A stretch of 64,000 nt of DNA, taken from contig CAWJSK010000012.1 of assembly GCA_963845535.1 (NCBI GenBank), positions 832,001 to 896,000 on the forward strand. The letters run 5' to 3'. Below are positions 47,582 to 57,369 of this stretch, piece by piece; position 1 is the stretch's first letter, and each line of letters opens with the position of its first letter. A model generated the notes under the pieces. It worked only from the letters and a program-made list of their open reading frames with translations. It did no database searches and was not told where the DNA came from. This DNA is from an uncultured Spirochaetota bacterium (GTDB lineage Bacteria; Spirochaetota; Spirochaetia; SZUA-6; Fen-1364). A program made the position numbers and the translations under genes.

Positions 47582-49695
47582 CACGCACCCCCTTGAGCTC
47601 CCCGTTTCTTGATGAAATCCGCCTGCGCGTCGATCACTTTCCCGTCATTGCCGTGGCCGCCCGGGGCGTACGCGCCGTCGGCGGTCATCACACGCGCCTT
47701 CACATTGTCCGCGAGATACGTAGCCAGCACGTCGTCACGGAGGTGGCGAATAAGCCTGGGATTGTCGACGGGAAAAAGGATCTCGACGCGCCGATCGAGG
47801 TTACGCATCATCAAGTCCGCGCTTCCCAGGTAGACCTCCTCCTGGCCGCCGTTTTGAAACCAGAACACGCGGCTGTGCTCCAGGAACCGTCCGACAATGC
47901 TCGTGACGCGGATGTTTTCACTCACCCCGGGGATGCCCGGACGGAGGCAGCACATGCCGCGCACGATCAACTCCACGCGGACGCCCGCCTGCGAGGCCTC
48001 GTACAGGATCTGGATCATCGGTTTGTCGACGAGGGAGTTGATCTTGAAAATCAGGTGGCCCTGGCCGCCGCGCCGCTGGTGATCGATCTCCCGGCGGATC
48101 AGCTTCTCCAGCCCTGAGCGGAGGCTGATGGGGGCGACGAGGAACTTTCGGTACGCGCGCTTGTTGGAGTAACCGGTCAGGTAGTTGAACACGTCGGAGG
48201 CGTCCGCGCCGATTGCGTCATCACACGTGAAGAGGCCGAGGTCCGTATACTGTTGGGCGGTGATGGCGTTGTAGTTGCCGGTGGAGAGGTGCACGTAGCG
48301 GCGGATCCGCTCCCCTTCCTGGCGGACCACGAGGGCGAGCTTGGAGTGCGTCTTCAGGCCCAGGAGGCCGTACACCACGTGAACGCCCTCGCTTTCCAGC
48401 GCGCGCGCCCACTCGATGTTGCTCTCCTCGTCGAAGCGCGCTTTCAGCTCCACGAGGACCGCCACCTGCTTGCCGTTTCGCGCGGCATCCAGGAGCGCTT
48501 CCACGACGGGGGAATTGCGCCCCACGCGGTATAGCGTCTGCTTGATTGCGAGCACGTCAGGGTCCCGCGCCGCCGCGGCCAGGAAGTCCACCACCGGCGT
48601 GAACGAGTCGTAGGGGTGATGGAGAAGGATCTCCTCCCGGCGGACCGCGGCGAAGATATTCGTGTCCGGATCCTGCAGGACGGACGGCATGGCGGGAACA
48701 AACGGCGCATACTTCAGATCCGGCCTCTCCAGGTCGTAGAGCTGCGAGATGTCGCTCATCCCCAGAGGAGGCTCGAGCGTGTAGATGTCCCGCGGTTCGA
48801 CCTCGAGGTTCTCCACGAGGATGTCGCGGATGGCTTCCGGCATGTTCGGGTCCACCGTGACGCGGACCACCTTGCCGAAGCGCCGTTGTCTCACCCCGCG
48901 CTCGATCGTCTCCAGCAGGTCCTCGGCTTCCAATTCCTGGATGGAGACCTCCGCGTCTCTCGTCACTCGGAAAGGGTAGGATTGGATCACCGTCAGGCCG
49001 GGGAACAGGGAACCGAGGTTGCGGGAGACCACCTGGTCCAGCCAGACAAAGGCGGAAGCGCCCGCGCTTTCCTTGCCGGGAACCACGGGCAGGAGGCGGG
49101 GCAACGTCCCGGGCAGTTTCACCCGCGCAAAACGCTCCTGCCCGGCAGGGTCGCGTATGACAAGGGCGAGGTTCAGGCTCATGTTGGAGATGTGAGGGAA
49201 CGGTCGGCCGGGGTCCACGGCAAGCGGAGTCAGGACAGGGAAGACCACTTCCTGGAAGTAATGGTCCACGGAAGCCCTCTGCGTGTCGTCAAGCTCCTCA
49301 TAGGAAAGTACCTTGATCCCCGCTTCCTGCAGCAGCGGGAGCAGCTCCCGCAGGCAGGAGCGTGTCTGAAGCATCAACTCCTGCGACTCCTTACGGACGG
49401 CCTGAAGCTGCGCTGACGGGGTGAGTCCGGCCGGTGAGCGTTCCGCCACGCCGGCCTCGACCTGCTGCTTCAGCCCGGAGACCCTGACCATGAAGAACTC
49501 CGCCATGTTTGAGCTGACAATGGAAAGGAACCTGACCCGCTCCAGGAGAGGGTTCGCGGGGTCCATGGCCTCTTCCAGCACACGGCGGAAAAAATCCAGA
49601 AGGGAGAGCTCGCGATCGATGAAAAGAGCGGGATCTCCCAGGTCGACGCCAGCGGCGGCAGGCTCAGGGGCGGGGGCGCGCGCGGTTTCAGGCAT
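47581..49695 (-). CDS. ppk1: Polyphosphate kinase 1
   Basis: DRELS.L.F..RV, EFFMVRV, HHPYDSF, KQTLYR, ELKARFDEE, KTHSK, GRFLEH, SADLM.RNL.RRVE. Confidence 0.97.
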   Translation of the reverse strand: MPETARAPAPEPAAAGVDLGDPALFIDRELSLLDFFRRVLEEAMDPANPLLERVRFLSIVSSNMAEFFMVRVSGLKQQVEAGVAERSPAGLTPSAQLQAVRKESQELMLQTRSCLRELLPLLQEAGIKVLSYEELDDTQRASVDHYFQEVVFPVLTPLAVDPGRPFPHISNMSLNLALVIRDPAGQERFARVKLPGTLPRLLPVVPGKESAGASAFVWLDQVVSRNLGSLFPGLTVIQSYPFRVTRDAEVSIQELEAEDLLETIERGVRQRRFGKVVRVTVDPNMPEAIRDILVENLEVEPRDIYTLEPPLGMSDISQLYDLERPDLKYAPFVPAMPSVLQDPDTNIFAAVRREEILLHHPYDSFTPVVDFLAAAARDPDVLAIKQTLYRVGRNSPVVEALLDAARNGKQVAVLVELKARFDEESNIEWARALESEGVHVVYGLLGLKTHSKLALVVRQEGERIRRYVHLSTGNYNAITAQQYTDLGLFTCDDAIGADASDVFNYLTGYSNKRAYRKFLVAPISLRSGLEKLIRREIDHQRRGGQGHLIFKINSLVDKPMIQILYEASQAGVRVELIVRGMCCLRPGIPGVSENIRVTSIVGRFLEHSRVFWFQNGGQEEVYLGSADLMMRNLDRRVEILFPVDNPRLIRHLRDDVLATYLADNVKARVMTADGAYAPGGHGNDGKVIDAQADFIKKRGAQGGA

Positions 49696-51214
49696 CCGGC
49701 TCCCCCTCCTGCGACACGAGCATCACCGGGGCGCCGAAAACCCTGCGGAAAAGGTCGCTCTTTTTCTCCAGGGCCCAGCGCTCGAGCAGCAGCTCGCCCC
49801 TGTGGCCCGCGGCAATCTCGATGCGCCCGTCGCGGTGTCTCACCTCGATGCGCCGTATCTTCTCCTGGTGCTCCTTGTCCAGCGCGTCCGCAATGCGAAG
49901 GATGGCCGCCAGGCGCCGCACGCGCTCGCGGTCCGCGCTGGTCAGGAACGCGAACTCCGCGTGACGAATGCTCGGAGCGCTTTTCCTGTGGTAGCGCGCG
50001 ATATTTGCAACCAGGAACATTTCGCCCGGGTTGAACCCGCTCAGCTCGCTTCTGGAGATGAGGTACAGAGAGTGCTTGTGATGCCCTTTCAGGCTCACGA
50101 AATCCCCGATGTCATGAAGGACCGCCGCCGCAATGAGAAGCCGCCTGTCGCGGGCGCCCAGCCCATGGGTGGAGGAGAGCTGGTCGAAAAGCTGGCCGGC
50201 CAGACGGGCCACGTGGACCGAGTGGGCCTCATCGAAGGAATATTTCCTTCCGATTGCCACCGCGTCCTCCACCATGCTCTCCTCGCTTGAAATCCGGCGC
50301 ACATCGATCTTTTCTGCCAGGTCGAACACGATCCCCTCCCGAATCCCGCCCCCCGGCGCCAGGATCTCATCCGCTTTGAAAACCTCGGCCAGGTGCAGAT
50401 AGACCACGGCAGCGGGGAGAATCACGTCCGCCCGGTCCGGCCGGAGCTCGAGCTCCCTCATGCGTTCCTGCACGCTCATGCGGGAAAGAGCCGTCACGAC
50501 CTCTCGAAGCGCCTTGCGAGAAAGACGCAGCGTGTCCGGAGCGTCCTCAGCCTTCCCTGCTATCCTGGCCAGGACTTCGATGTTCCCCCCGGTCGCAATG
50601 AACCCCCGCGCTTGCGAGCCGCGCGCCCGGGAAGACAGACGGATGGTGGCGACGTACTGGGTGAGAAGCTCGAGGAAGTCTTTTGTCTCTTTTCCCCCGG
50701 GGGCGAACATTTCCAGGAGGCGCACCGCGCCCATGGCGTGCGTCTCACACCACAGGATCTTCGAGGCGCTGGCAAGGGACACTTCCACGCTCCCCCCGCC
50801 CAGCTCCACCATGATCCAGTGGTCCGCTCCGAGGAGAAAGCGCCGGGCCACCGCGACGTGGACCAGCCGCATTTCCTCGGGTCCTGAAATGATCTCCAGG
50901 GAGATACCCGTGCGCCTTTTCACATCGCGCACGAACTCCCTGCGGTTGGGACTTTCGCGGACGGCGCTCGTTGCCACGGCGCGGTACTTCTGGACGCCCA
51001 GTTCCTTCATCTGGGCCGCGGCTTGCTGGAGGCCCTCCACGGCCGCAGCCTCGGCGTCCACGCGCAGGCGTCCGGTAGAGAAAACGCCGTGCCCGAAACG
51101 CACAGGGAACCGCGTCTCCGCAAGGACTCGGGAAACCGCGTCCCCGTCCATCTCGACGGCGAAAAAGCGGATCGCGTTCGTTCCCACGTCGATGGATGCG
51201 ACCCGCTGGGACAC
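49688..51214 (-). CDS. ppx: Exopolyphosphatase Ppx/GppA with HD domain
   Basis: IDVGTN, ATSAVRE, ELGGGSVE, RADVI, GIREG, LHDIG, RIADALD. Confidence 0.93.
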   Translation of the reverse strand: MSQRVASIDVGTNAIRFFAVEMDGDAVSRVLAETRFPVRFGHGVFSTGRLRVDAEAAAVEGLQQAAAQMKELGVQKYRAVATSAVRESPNRREFVRDVKRRTGISLEIISGPEEMRLVHVAVARRFLLGADHWIMVELGGGSVEVSLASASKILWCETHAMGAVRLLEMFAPGGKETKDFLELLTQYVATIRLSSRARGSQARGFIATGGNIEVLARIAGKAEDAPDTLRLSRKALREVVTALSRMSVQERMRELELRPDRADVILPAAVVYLHLAEVFKADEILAPGGGIREGIVFDLAEKIDVRRISSEESMVEDAVAIGRKYSFDEAHSVHVARLAGQLFDQLSSTHGLGARDRRLLIAAAVLHDIGDFVSLKGHHKHSLYLISRSELSGFNPGEMFLVANIARYHRKSAPSIRHAEFAFLTSADRERVRRLAAILRIADALDKEHQEKIRRIEVRHRDGRIEIAAGHRGELLLERWALEKKSDLFRRVFGAPVMLVSQEGEPDA

Positions 51215-51219
51215 GAGCT

Positions 51220-51879
51220 CTACCGCTCCTCTGCCCTGTGGTGCTTGATCACCCTACCTTCCGTCATGTAGATCACGTCCTCGCCGATGTTCGTAGACAG
51301 GTCCGCAATACGTTCCAGGTTGCCCGCAATCTTTAAAATACACAAGCTCCGCTCGATGGTGAAGTGGTCCGTCGTCATGGAGGCGCTGATTCGCTCGAGC
51401 ATTTCTGCGGCCATCTGGTCCACCACGGCGTCCGCCTCGCACACCTGCTTTCCCAGCTCTGCATCTGCCTCGATGAAGCTGCGGACGGCCCGGTCCACCA
51501 TGCTGAGGGTTTCATCGAAAAGCCGAAGCAGGTCCTTGTCCGGCTCGGTGGTGGAAAGTCCGCCGCAATCCAGCGCGGCCTCGGCAATGTTCACCGCGTG
51601 GTCAGCCATGCGCTCCAGGTCGTTCGTCATGCTTCGCACCATGAGGATGGTGCGGAGCTCCTTCGCCATGGGCTGGTGCTGCGCAATGAGGGAGGTGCAC
51701 TCCTCCTCCAGCTCGACCTCGAACTCGTTCGCGCGCGGCTCGGCCTTCTCCACCACGTCGGTGAGAGCCTCGACCCTCCGCGTGAAGAGCGACGCCCGGC
51801 ATTGGGAAATCATGTCCTCGACGTGCCGGGCGTAGGACACCACACGCGCCGAAAGGTCCTCGATCTGCGCTATGGGCAT
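51220..51879 (-). CDS. phoU: Phosphate signalling complex protein PhoU
   Basis: QPMAKELR, DLERMADHAVNIA, LERIAD..TNIGE.VIY. Confidence 0.95.
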   Translation of the reverse strand: MPIAQIEDLSARVVSYARHVEDMISQCRASLFTRRVEALTDVVEKAEPRANEFEVELEEECTSLIAQHQPMAKELRTILMVRSMTNDLERMADHAVNIAEAALDCGGLSTTEPDKDLLRLFDETLSMVDRAVRSFIEADAELGKQVCEADAVVDQMAAEMLERISASMTTDHFTIERSLCILKIAGNLERIADLSTNIGEDVIYMTEGRVIKHHRAEER

Positions 51880-51887
51880 GATGTCTC

Positions 51888-52667
51888 CTATCCGAACTTC
51901 CCGGACAGGTACTCCTCCGTACGCTTGTCCTTGGGAACGGTGAACAGCCTGTTCGTGGGCCCGAACTCCACGAGCTCTCCGAGGTGGATGAACGCGGTGA
52001 AGTCGGAGATCCGCGCGGCCTGGGGGATGTTGTGGGTGACCTGGACGATCGTGACGGTCCCCTTGAGAGACACGATCAGCTCTTCGATGGCCGCCGTGGC
52101 CTTGGGGTCAAGCGCCGAGGTGGGCTCATCCAGGAGCAGGACCTCGGGCTTCATTGCCAGGGCGCGCGCAATGCACAGCCTCTGCTGCTGGCCGCCGGAG
52201 AGGAAGGTGCCGCGGCGGTACAGCGAGTCCTTCACCTCGTCCCAGAGAGCCACGCGGCGAAGCGTTTCCTCGACAATCTGGTCCCGCTCATCCCTGTCCA
52301 TGCGCGCGCCGTTCAGCGTGTAGCCGGCCACCACGTTGTCGTAGATGCTCATGGTCGGGAACGGATTGGGCCTCTGGAACACCATCCCGATGCGCCGACG
52401 CAGCAGGATGGGATTGATGCGGTACACGTTCTCCCCGTCCAGGAGCACTTCCCCGCTCACGCGCGCGTTGGCATTCAGCTCGTGCATGCGGTTGATGCAG
52501 CGCATGAAGGTCGTCTTGCCGCACCCGGACGGACCCATGATCGCGGTGACGCGTTGCCGGGGGACCGCGAGGGAAACCCCCAACACGACATCATTTCCGT
52601 CGAAACCCGCCGTGAGGGAGCGCGTTTCAAGGATGACTTCTTCGGCTGTCAGAACTGAATCTTCCAT
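51888..52667 (-). CDS. pstB: Phosphate ABC transporter ATP-binding protein
   Basis: GPSGCGKT, FQRPNPFP.MSIYDNV, LSGGQQQRLCIAR, YLSGKFG. Confidence 0.97.
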   Translation of the reverse strand: MEDSVLTAEEVILETRSLTAGFDGNDVVLGVSLAVPRQRVTAIMGPSGCGKTTFMRCINRMHELNANARVSGEVLLDGENVYRINPILLRRRIGMVFQRPNPFPTMSIYDNVVAGYTLNGARMDRDERDQIVEETLRRVALWDEVKDSLYRRGTFLSGGQQQRLCIARALAMKPEVLLLDEPTSALDPKATAAIEELIVSLKGTVTIVQVTHNIPQAARISDFTAFIHLGELVEFGPTNRLFTVPKDKRTEEYLSGKFG

Positions 52668-53569
52668 CTTGATGTCACCAGCTTAGTCACGAGATTCAGG
52701 GCAAGGACGACCACCAGGAGCACGAAGGAGGCGCCCCACGCAAGGGACTGCCATTCGGGGTACGGGCTTGTGGCATAGAAGAAAATCGTCTGCGGCAGCG
52801 ACGCAACAGGCTTGAGGATGCTGTACTCCATGTAAGGGCTGCCGAAGGAGGTGAAAAGAAGAGGCGCCGTCTCTCCCGCGGCCCTGGCAACAGCCAGAAG
52901 GGTCCCCGTGATGACTCCGCTTGCCCCGGCAGGGAGTATGACCTTGAGCACCGTACGCGGGTAGGAAACTCCGAGCGCCAGCGCGGCCTCGCGAAGGCTC
53001 ACGGGGATCAGGAGGAGGGTTTCCTCGGTGGACAGCGTTATGACGGGGAGCATGATCATTGCCAGGGCCACCCCGCCGGAAAGAGCGGAGAAGTGCCCCA
53101 TGGTGCGAACCACCCAGACGTAGGCGACAATTCCTATCACGATGGATGGGACGCCCATCAGTGTTTCAACAGAAAGCCGGGTCAACCTGCCAAGGCCGCT
53201 TTTGCCGCTCTCCGACAGGAAAATCCCGGCAAGGATGCCTAACGGAATCGAGATCACCGACGCCAGGACAATCAGCATGATGGTCCCGACAATGGCGTTG
53301 GCAATGCCTCCGCCGGCCTCCCCCATAGGCTTCGGCAGCTCCGTCAGAAACTGCCAGTTGATGGAAGAGGCGCCGCGCACAATGACGAAAATCAGGATCA
53401 GAACAAGAGGCAGCGTTGCGATAAGGGAGATGGCAAGAACGCCGCCCAGGAAAGCCTTGTCCCCGTGGAGCCGGGCCCGGATCTCTGCGTCAGGAGAAGA
53501 CCCTCTCATGATGCTCTGCTGAGCGCGCGCCGCGGGCTCCTCTCGGACCTTTGCGAGGTTGTCTGCCAT
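52649..53569 (-). CDS. pstA: Phosphate ABC transporter permease
   Basis: GGIANAIVGT, PSIVIG, ARAAGETAPLLFT. Confidence 0.95.
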   Translation of the reverse strand: MADNLAKVREEPAARAQQSIMRGSSPDAEIRARLHGDKAFLGGVLAISLIATLPLVLILIFVIVRGASSINWQFLTELPKPMGEAGGGIANAIVGTIMLIVLASVISIPLGILAGIFLSESGKSGLGRLTRLSVETLMGVPSIVIGIVAYVWVVRTMGHFSALSGGVALAMIMLPVITLSTEETLLLIPVSLREAALALGVSYPRTVLKVILPAGASGVITGTLLAVARAAGETAPLLFTSFGSPYMEYSILKPVASLPQTIFFYATSPYPEWQSLAWGASFVLLVVVLALNLVTKLVTSRWKIQF

Positions 53570-53570
53570 G

Positions 53571-54452
53571 TCACGCGGCCTCCACCATCCTGTTGATTAC
53601 CACCTTGCCGAGGATGTTGATCACCGTGCTGATCACGAAAAGCAGGAGCGCAATCTCAACGAGGCTGGCCAGGTAGACAGCCCCCTGCGCCTCGGAGAAC
53701 TCGTTGGCAATGAGGCTAGCCATCGTGTTGCCGGGGGAAAGAAGGTTCAGCGTGATCGTATTCGAATTACCAATAACCATGGTGACTGCCATGGTCTCTC
53801 CGAGCGCCCGCCCCAGGGACAGGAAGATGCCGCCCAGGATTCCCGACCTCGCGTACGGCAGGGAGACTTTCCACACCATTTCGGACCGCGTGGAACCCAG
53901 GGACAAAGCTGCCTCTTTCAGGTCGGCCGGGACGAGCAAGAGCATCTCCCGTCCGATGGATGCCGAGTACGGAAGGATCATGAACGCGAGGAGGATGGAG
54001 GAAGTGAGGATCCCGACCCCGAACGGCGGCACGCCGAGAAGGAGCTGGATGACCCTGACCGCGGGAACGAGGAAGAACAGGCCGATAAAGCCGTAGACGA
54101 TAGATGGTATCCCGGCGAGCAGCTCGACCGCAGTTCTCATCACAGAAGCGAATGCCCCTGTGCGGAAATATTCACCCATCAGAATTGCGAGCGCGAGGGA
54201 AAGAATCGTGGCAATTGCCAGGGCAATGAGGGAGGTGACGAGCGTTCCGAACACGAACGGCAGCGCGTGGAAGCTGTTAGTGACGGGGTCCCATTCGCTG
54301 CCGGTGAGAAAACGGAAACCGTTTGCCACAAGCGCAGGGCGGGAGGAGAGTACAAGGGACAGGAGGATCGCAATGAGCAGGACGCTCACCACGATTCCTC
54401 CGAAGAAAAGAACCGTTCGAAACGCCGAATCAGAAGCCCGCGTGGTCCTCAT
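53571..54452 (-). CDS. pstC: Phosphate ABC transporter permease
   Basis: ELLAGIPSIVYG, GRALGETMAVTMVIGN, IANEFSEA. Confidence 0.96.
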   Translation of the reverse strand: MRTTRASDSAFRTVLFFGGIVVSVLLIAILLSLVLSSRPALVANGFRFLTGSEWDPVTNSFHALPFVFGTLVTSLIALAIATILSLALAILMGEYFRTGAFASVMRTAVELLAGIPSIVYGFIGLFFLVPAVRVIQLLLGVPPFGVGILTSSILLAFMILPYSASIGREMLLLVPADLKEAALSLGSTRSEMVWKVSLPYARSGILGGIFLSLGRALGETMAVTMVIGNSNTITLNLLSPGNTMASLIANEFSEAQGAVYLASLVEIALLLFVISTVINILGKVVINRMVEAA

Positions 54453-54477
54453 TCTTTCCTTGTCCCGTCGAAGCGCC

Positions 54478-55527
54478 TTACATTCCGCCCAGGAGAGGCT
54501 GGCCGTCCCAGGTGATCGACTTCAGGATGACTTCGGCCTTCTTCACAACGGGCGCGGGCAGCACCGCGTAGGAAAGCGGCTCTGCGTACTTCTGCCCGTC
54601 ATGGGTCATCCACCAGATCATTTTCAGAAGGGCTTCGACCTTGGCCTTCTGATGATTGCCGTAGTTCTGCTCCTTGTAAAGGAGGAGCCACGTGAAGCTG
54701 GCAATGGGGTATCCCTCGGGCGCATCCGAGTTCGTCGTGCTGAGCTTTGTTACGTCCGCGGGGACCGGAACGTTCGCCGCCGTGCTCGTGCTTGCCAGGG
54801 AGGCCTTGATCCAGTTGCCGCTCTTGTTCTTGAGCAGCGCGTACGACATGTTGTTCTGCAGGGCATAGATCAGCTCGACGTACCCGAAAGACCCCGGAAG
54901 CTGCTGCACAAGCCCAGCTACGCCCGGGTTTCCTTTCCCGCCAATACCCACGGGCCAGTTGAGCGAGGTGCCAGTGCCGACCTTTTCTTTCCACTCATTG
55001 GACACCTTGCACAGGTAGTCGCTGAATACGCCCGTGGTGCCACTGCCGTCCGAGCGGTGCACGACGGTGATGTTCATGTTGGGGAACTTCACATTGGGGT
55101 TGATCTCGGCGATCCGGGGATCGTTCCAATTTTTGATCTTGCCAAGGAAGATGTCGGCGATGATGTCGCCGGTAAACCTGAGCTGCGGGTTGCCCGGCAG
55201 GTTGGAGGCCATAACCACGGCGCCCGCTACCGTCGGGATTTGCACGATCTCCGCGGGAGCGTCCGAGAGGTCCTTTGCGGTCATGACGACGTCCGATGCG
55301 CCGAAATCCACCGTTCTGCCCTTGATCTGGGCCTGTCCGCCGCCGGAGCCGATGGCCTGGTAGTTCACCTTGACGCCGAACTCCTTGGCATACTGGTCGA
55401 ACATCTTGAGATACAACGGCGCCGGAAACGTCGCGCCGGCCCCCACGAACTCGAAATTCTGCGCAAAACCGGCCCCGCCAAGGGAGACGATCAGGGCAGC
55501 GGCCATGAAAAGCCTCGATACCTTCAC
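54478..55527 (-). CDS. pstS: Phosphate ABC transporter substrate-binding protein
   Basis: GAGATFP, IGSGGG, DFGASD, HRSDGSGTT, GKGN.GV, YPI..FTW. Confidence 0.97.
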   Translation of the reverse strand: MKVSRLFMAAALIVSLGGAGFAQNFEFVGAGATFPAPLYLKMFDQYAKEFGVKVNYQAIGSGGGQAQIKGRTVDFGASDVVMTAKDLSDAPAEIVQIPTVAGAVVMASNLPGNPQLRFTGDIIADIFLGKIKNWNDPRIAEINPNVKFPNMNITVVHRSDGSGTTGVFSDYLCKVSNEWKEKVGTGTSLNWPVGIGGKGNPGVAGLVQQLPGSFGYVELIYALQNNMSYALLKNKSGNWIKASLASTSTAANVPVPADVTKLSTTNSDAPEGYPIASFTWLLLYKEQNYGNHQKAKVEALLKMIWWMTHDGQKYAEPLSYAVLPAPVVKKAEVILKSITWDGQPLLGGM

Positions 55528-55597
55528 TGGGTGCTCCTCCTTTAAATGTAGTCAGAATTCGCGCCTTCATGGCGCAGGACCAATCTCACCGGCCGTT

Positions 55598-55635
55598 GTT
55601 AGTGAGCAGTGAAGGTAGTGTTAATTTTCCGTTAA
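55598..55635 (-). promoter_or_regulatory. PHO box array of pstS
   Basis: Plus-strand GTTAG/GTGAA/GTTAA/GTTAA at 55598, 55609, 55620, 55631 (coding-strand TTAAC, TTAAC, TTCAC, CTAAC, 11-bp period) between phoR and pstS. Confidence 0.85.
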
Positions 55636-55638
55636 TTC

Positions 55639-57369
55639 TCACCCCTGGACCGGAAGCCGAACAATGAAGCTCGTGCCGCGGCCCGGCACGCTTTCCACCA
55701 CCACCGTGCCTCCGTGGCTCTGCACGATGTGCTTCACGATCGAAAGCCCCAGCCCCGTGCCTCCGAGCTTTCGGGAGCGCGACTTGTCCACCACGTAGAA
55801 GCGCTCGAACAACCGCGGGATGTGCTCTTCGGCTATTCCGAGGCCCGTGTCGCTCACCTCGATGCGCATCCACTCCCGCTCCTGGCGGACGTCCACGCTG
55901 ACCTCGCCGGCCTCCGTGAACTTCAGCGCGTTGTCGAGGAGGTTCACCAGCATCTGCTCCACGAGAAACGAATCCGCGAACACGCGGGGGAGGAAATCAG
56001 GGACGGAGACTTTCAGGGAAAGTCCCTTTGCCTGGGCGCGGTTGGCGAACATCCCCGCAACGTCGGCCACAACCTTCTCCAGGGCCACCGGCTCGCGGGA
56101 GCGTTCGACTCCCCGGGCTTCCAGGCTCGAGAGGAGGAGCAGGTCTTCGACGATGGCGGACATTCGCTGGGAGTTGCGGCGGATCGTCTCGACCCATCGC
56201 TCCGAATCTCCGGAGAGCTGGCCTTCCAGCATCTCGAGGGAACCGCGGATGGAGGTGAGCGGCGTGCGAAGCTCGTGGGAGGCGTTGACCACGAAGTCCC
56301 GTTTCACCGTCTCCAGCCGCCTGATGTCGCTCGTGTCATGAAGGACCACGATCAGCTCATCTCGGCCCGCCATGCGCTGCACCGTGCACAGGAGCCATCC
56401 CTCCCCGCAGGCCACTTCCTCTGATCTTCTCTCCCCCGTGGCTCTGGCTTCCTGCACGAGCTCGATGAGCCGGGGGGCGCGCACGAGCTCCCACAGGGTG
56501 CGCCCCTCCACCGTGTCGGTCTCCGCCAGGGCTTCGAATCCCTTGTTGAACCTCACGATCCGCCCGTTCCTGTCCAAGAGGACGATTCCTTCTTGGACAG
56601 AGGAGAATATGCCGTCCAGCTCCTGCGCGCGCCGGGCGCTGTCCAGGAAAAGTCCTTGCACGCGTTCTCCCATTGTGTTGAACGCTTCCGCAAGCTCCCG
56701 GATCTCATCACGCCTGCGAAGGTGAAGCCGGGCGCCGAAATCCCCGGATGCAAACCGAGTGACTGCCCCCGCGAGGTCGCGCAAAGGGGAAAGGATGGAC
56801 CGCGTGAACGCCAGCGCAAAAAGGAGACAGACCACCAGGAGCGGGCCCACGAACAGCAGGAGGTTCGTGGTCTCCCGCGGATACGCGGCCTCCAGCTCCT
56901 CCCGGGGGCTCGAAGCGCGCACAACGCCGTGGACCATCCCGTTCACGGTGACCGGCACGGCCACGTACACGGTCCAGCGCCGCACGGTGCTCGAGAGGCG
57001 CGAGGAAACCCCGATCTCCCCCTGCATTGCGGCGGCCACCTCGGGCCGCAAGGAGTGGTTTTCCATCCGAGACGGGTCTTCTTCGGAATCCGCCAGGACG
57101 ACACCGCGGGCGTCGATCAGCGTGATGCGCTCATGCGCCTCCTGCGCCATGCGGGCGGTCAGAGAATTGAGCTCCGCGCTCCTGCCGTTCGCCATGAGGC
57201 CCGCGGCGGCGCCCCTGGCTGTCAAGGCCCCTTCTTCGAGACCGTGCACGACCCGGTCGAACGACATGCCCCGCACGATGCTCAGTGAATAGATGAAGAA
57301 AGCGAGCAGGACGAGGACGCAGAGAAGGGAGAATCGGACAAAGACCTTGCTCAGGAAGAGACGGCTCAC
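55639..57369 (-). CDS. phoR: Phosphate regulon sensor histidine kinase
   Basis: MENH..RPEV sensor motif, HAMP, PAS, SHELRTPLT, FERFY.VDKSRSR..GGTGLGL. Confidence 0.92.
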   Translation of the reverse strand: MSRLFLSKVFVRFSLLCVLVLLAFFIYSLSIVRGMSFDRVVHGLEEGALTARGAAAGLMANGRSAELNSLTARMAQEAHERITLIDARGVVLADSEEDPSRMENHSLRPEVAAAMQGEIGVSSRLSSTVRRWTVYVAVPVTVNGMVHGVVRASSPREELEAAYPRETTNLLLFVGPLLVVCLLFALAFTRSILSPLRDLAGAVTRFASGDFGARLHLRRRDEIRELAEAFNTMGERVQGLFLDSARRAQELDGIFSSVQEGIVLLDRNGRIVRFNKGFEALAETDTVEGRTLWELVRAPRLIELVQEARATGERRSEEVACGEGWLLCTVQRMAGRDELIVVLHDTSDIRRLETVKRDFVVNASHELRTPLTSIRGSLEMLEGQLSGDSERWVETIRRNSQRMSAIVEDLLLLSSLEARGVERSREPVALEKVVADVAGMFANRAQAKGLSLKVSVPDFLPRVFADSFLVEQMLVNLLDNALKFTEAGEVSVDVRQEREWMRIEVSDTGLGIAEEHIPRLFERFYVVDKSRSRKLGGTGLGLSIVKHIVQSHGGTVVVESVPGRGTSFIVRLPVQG

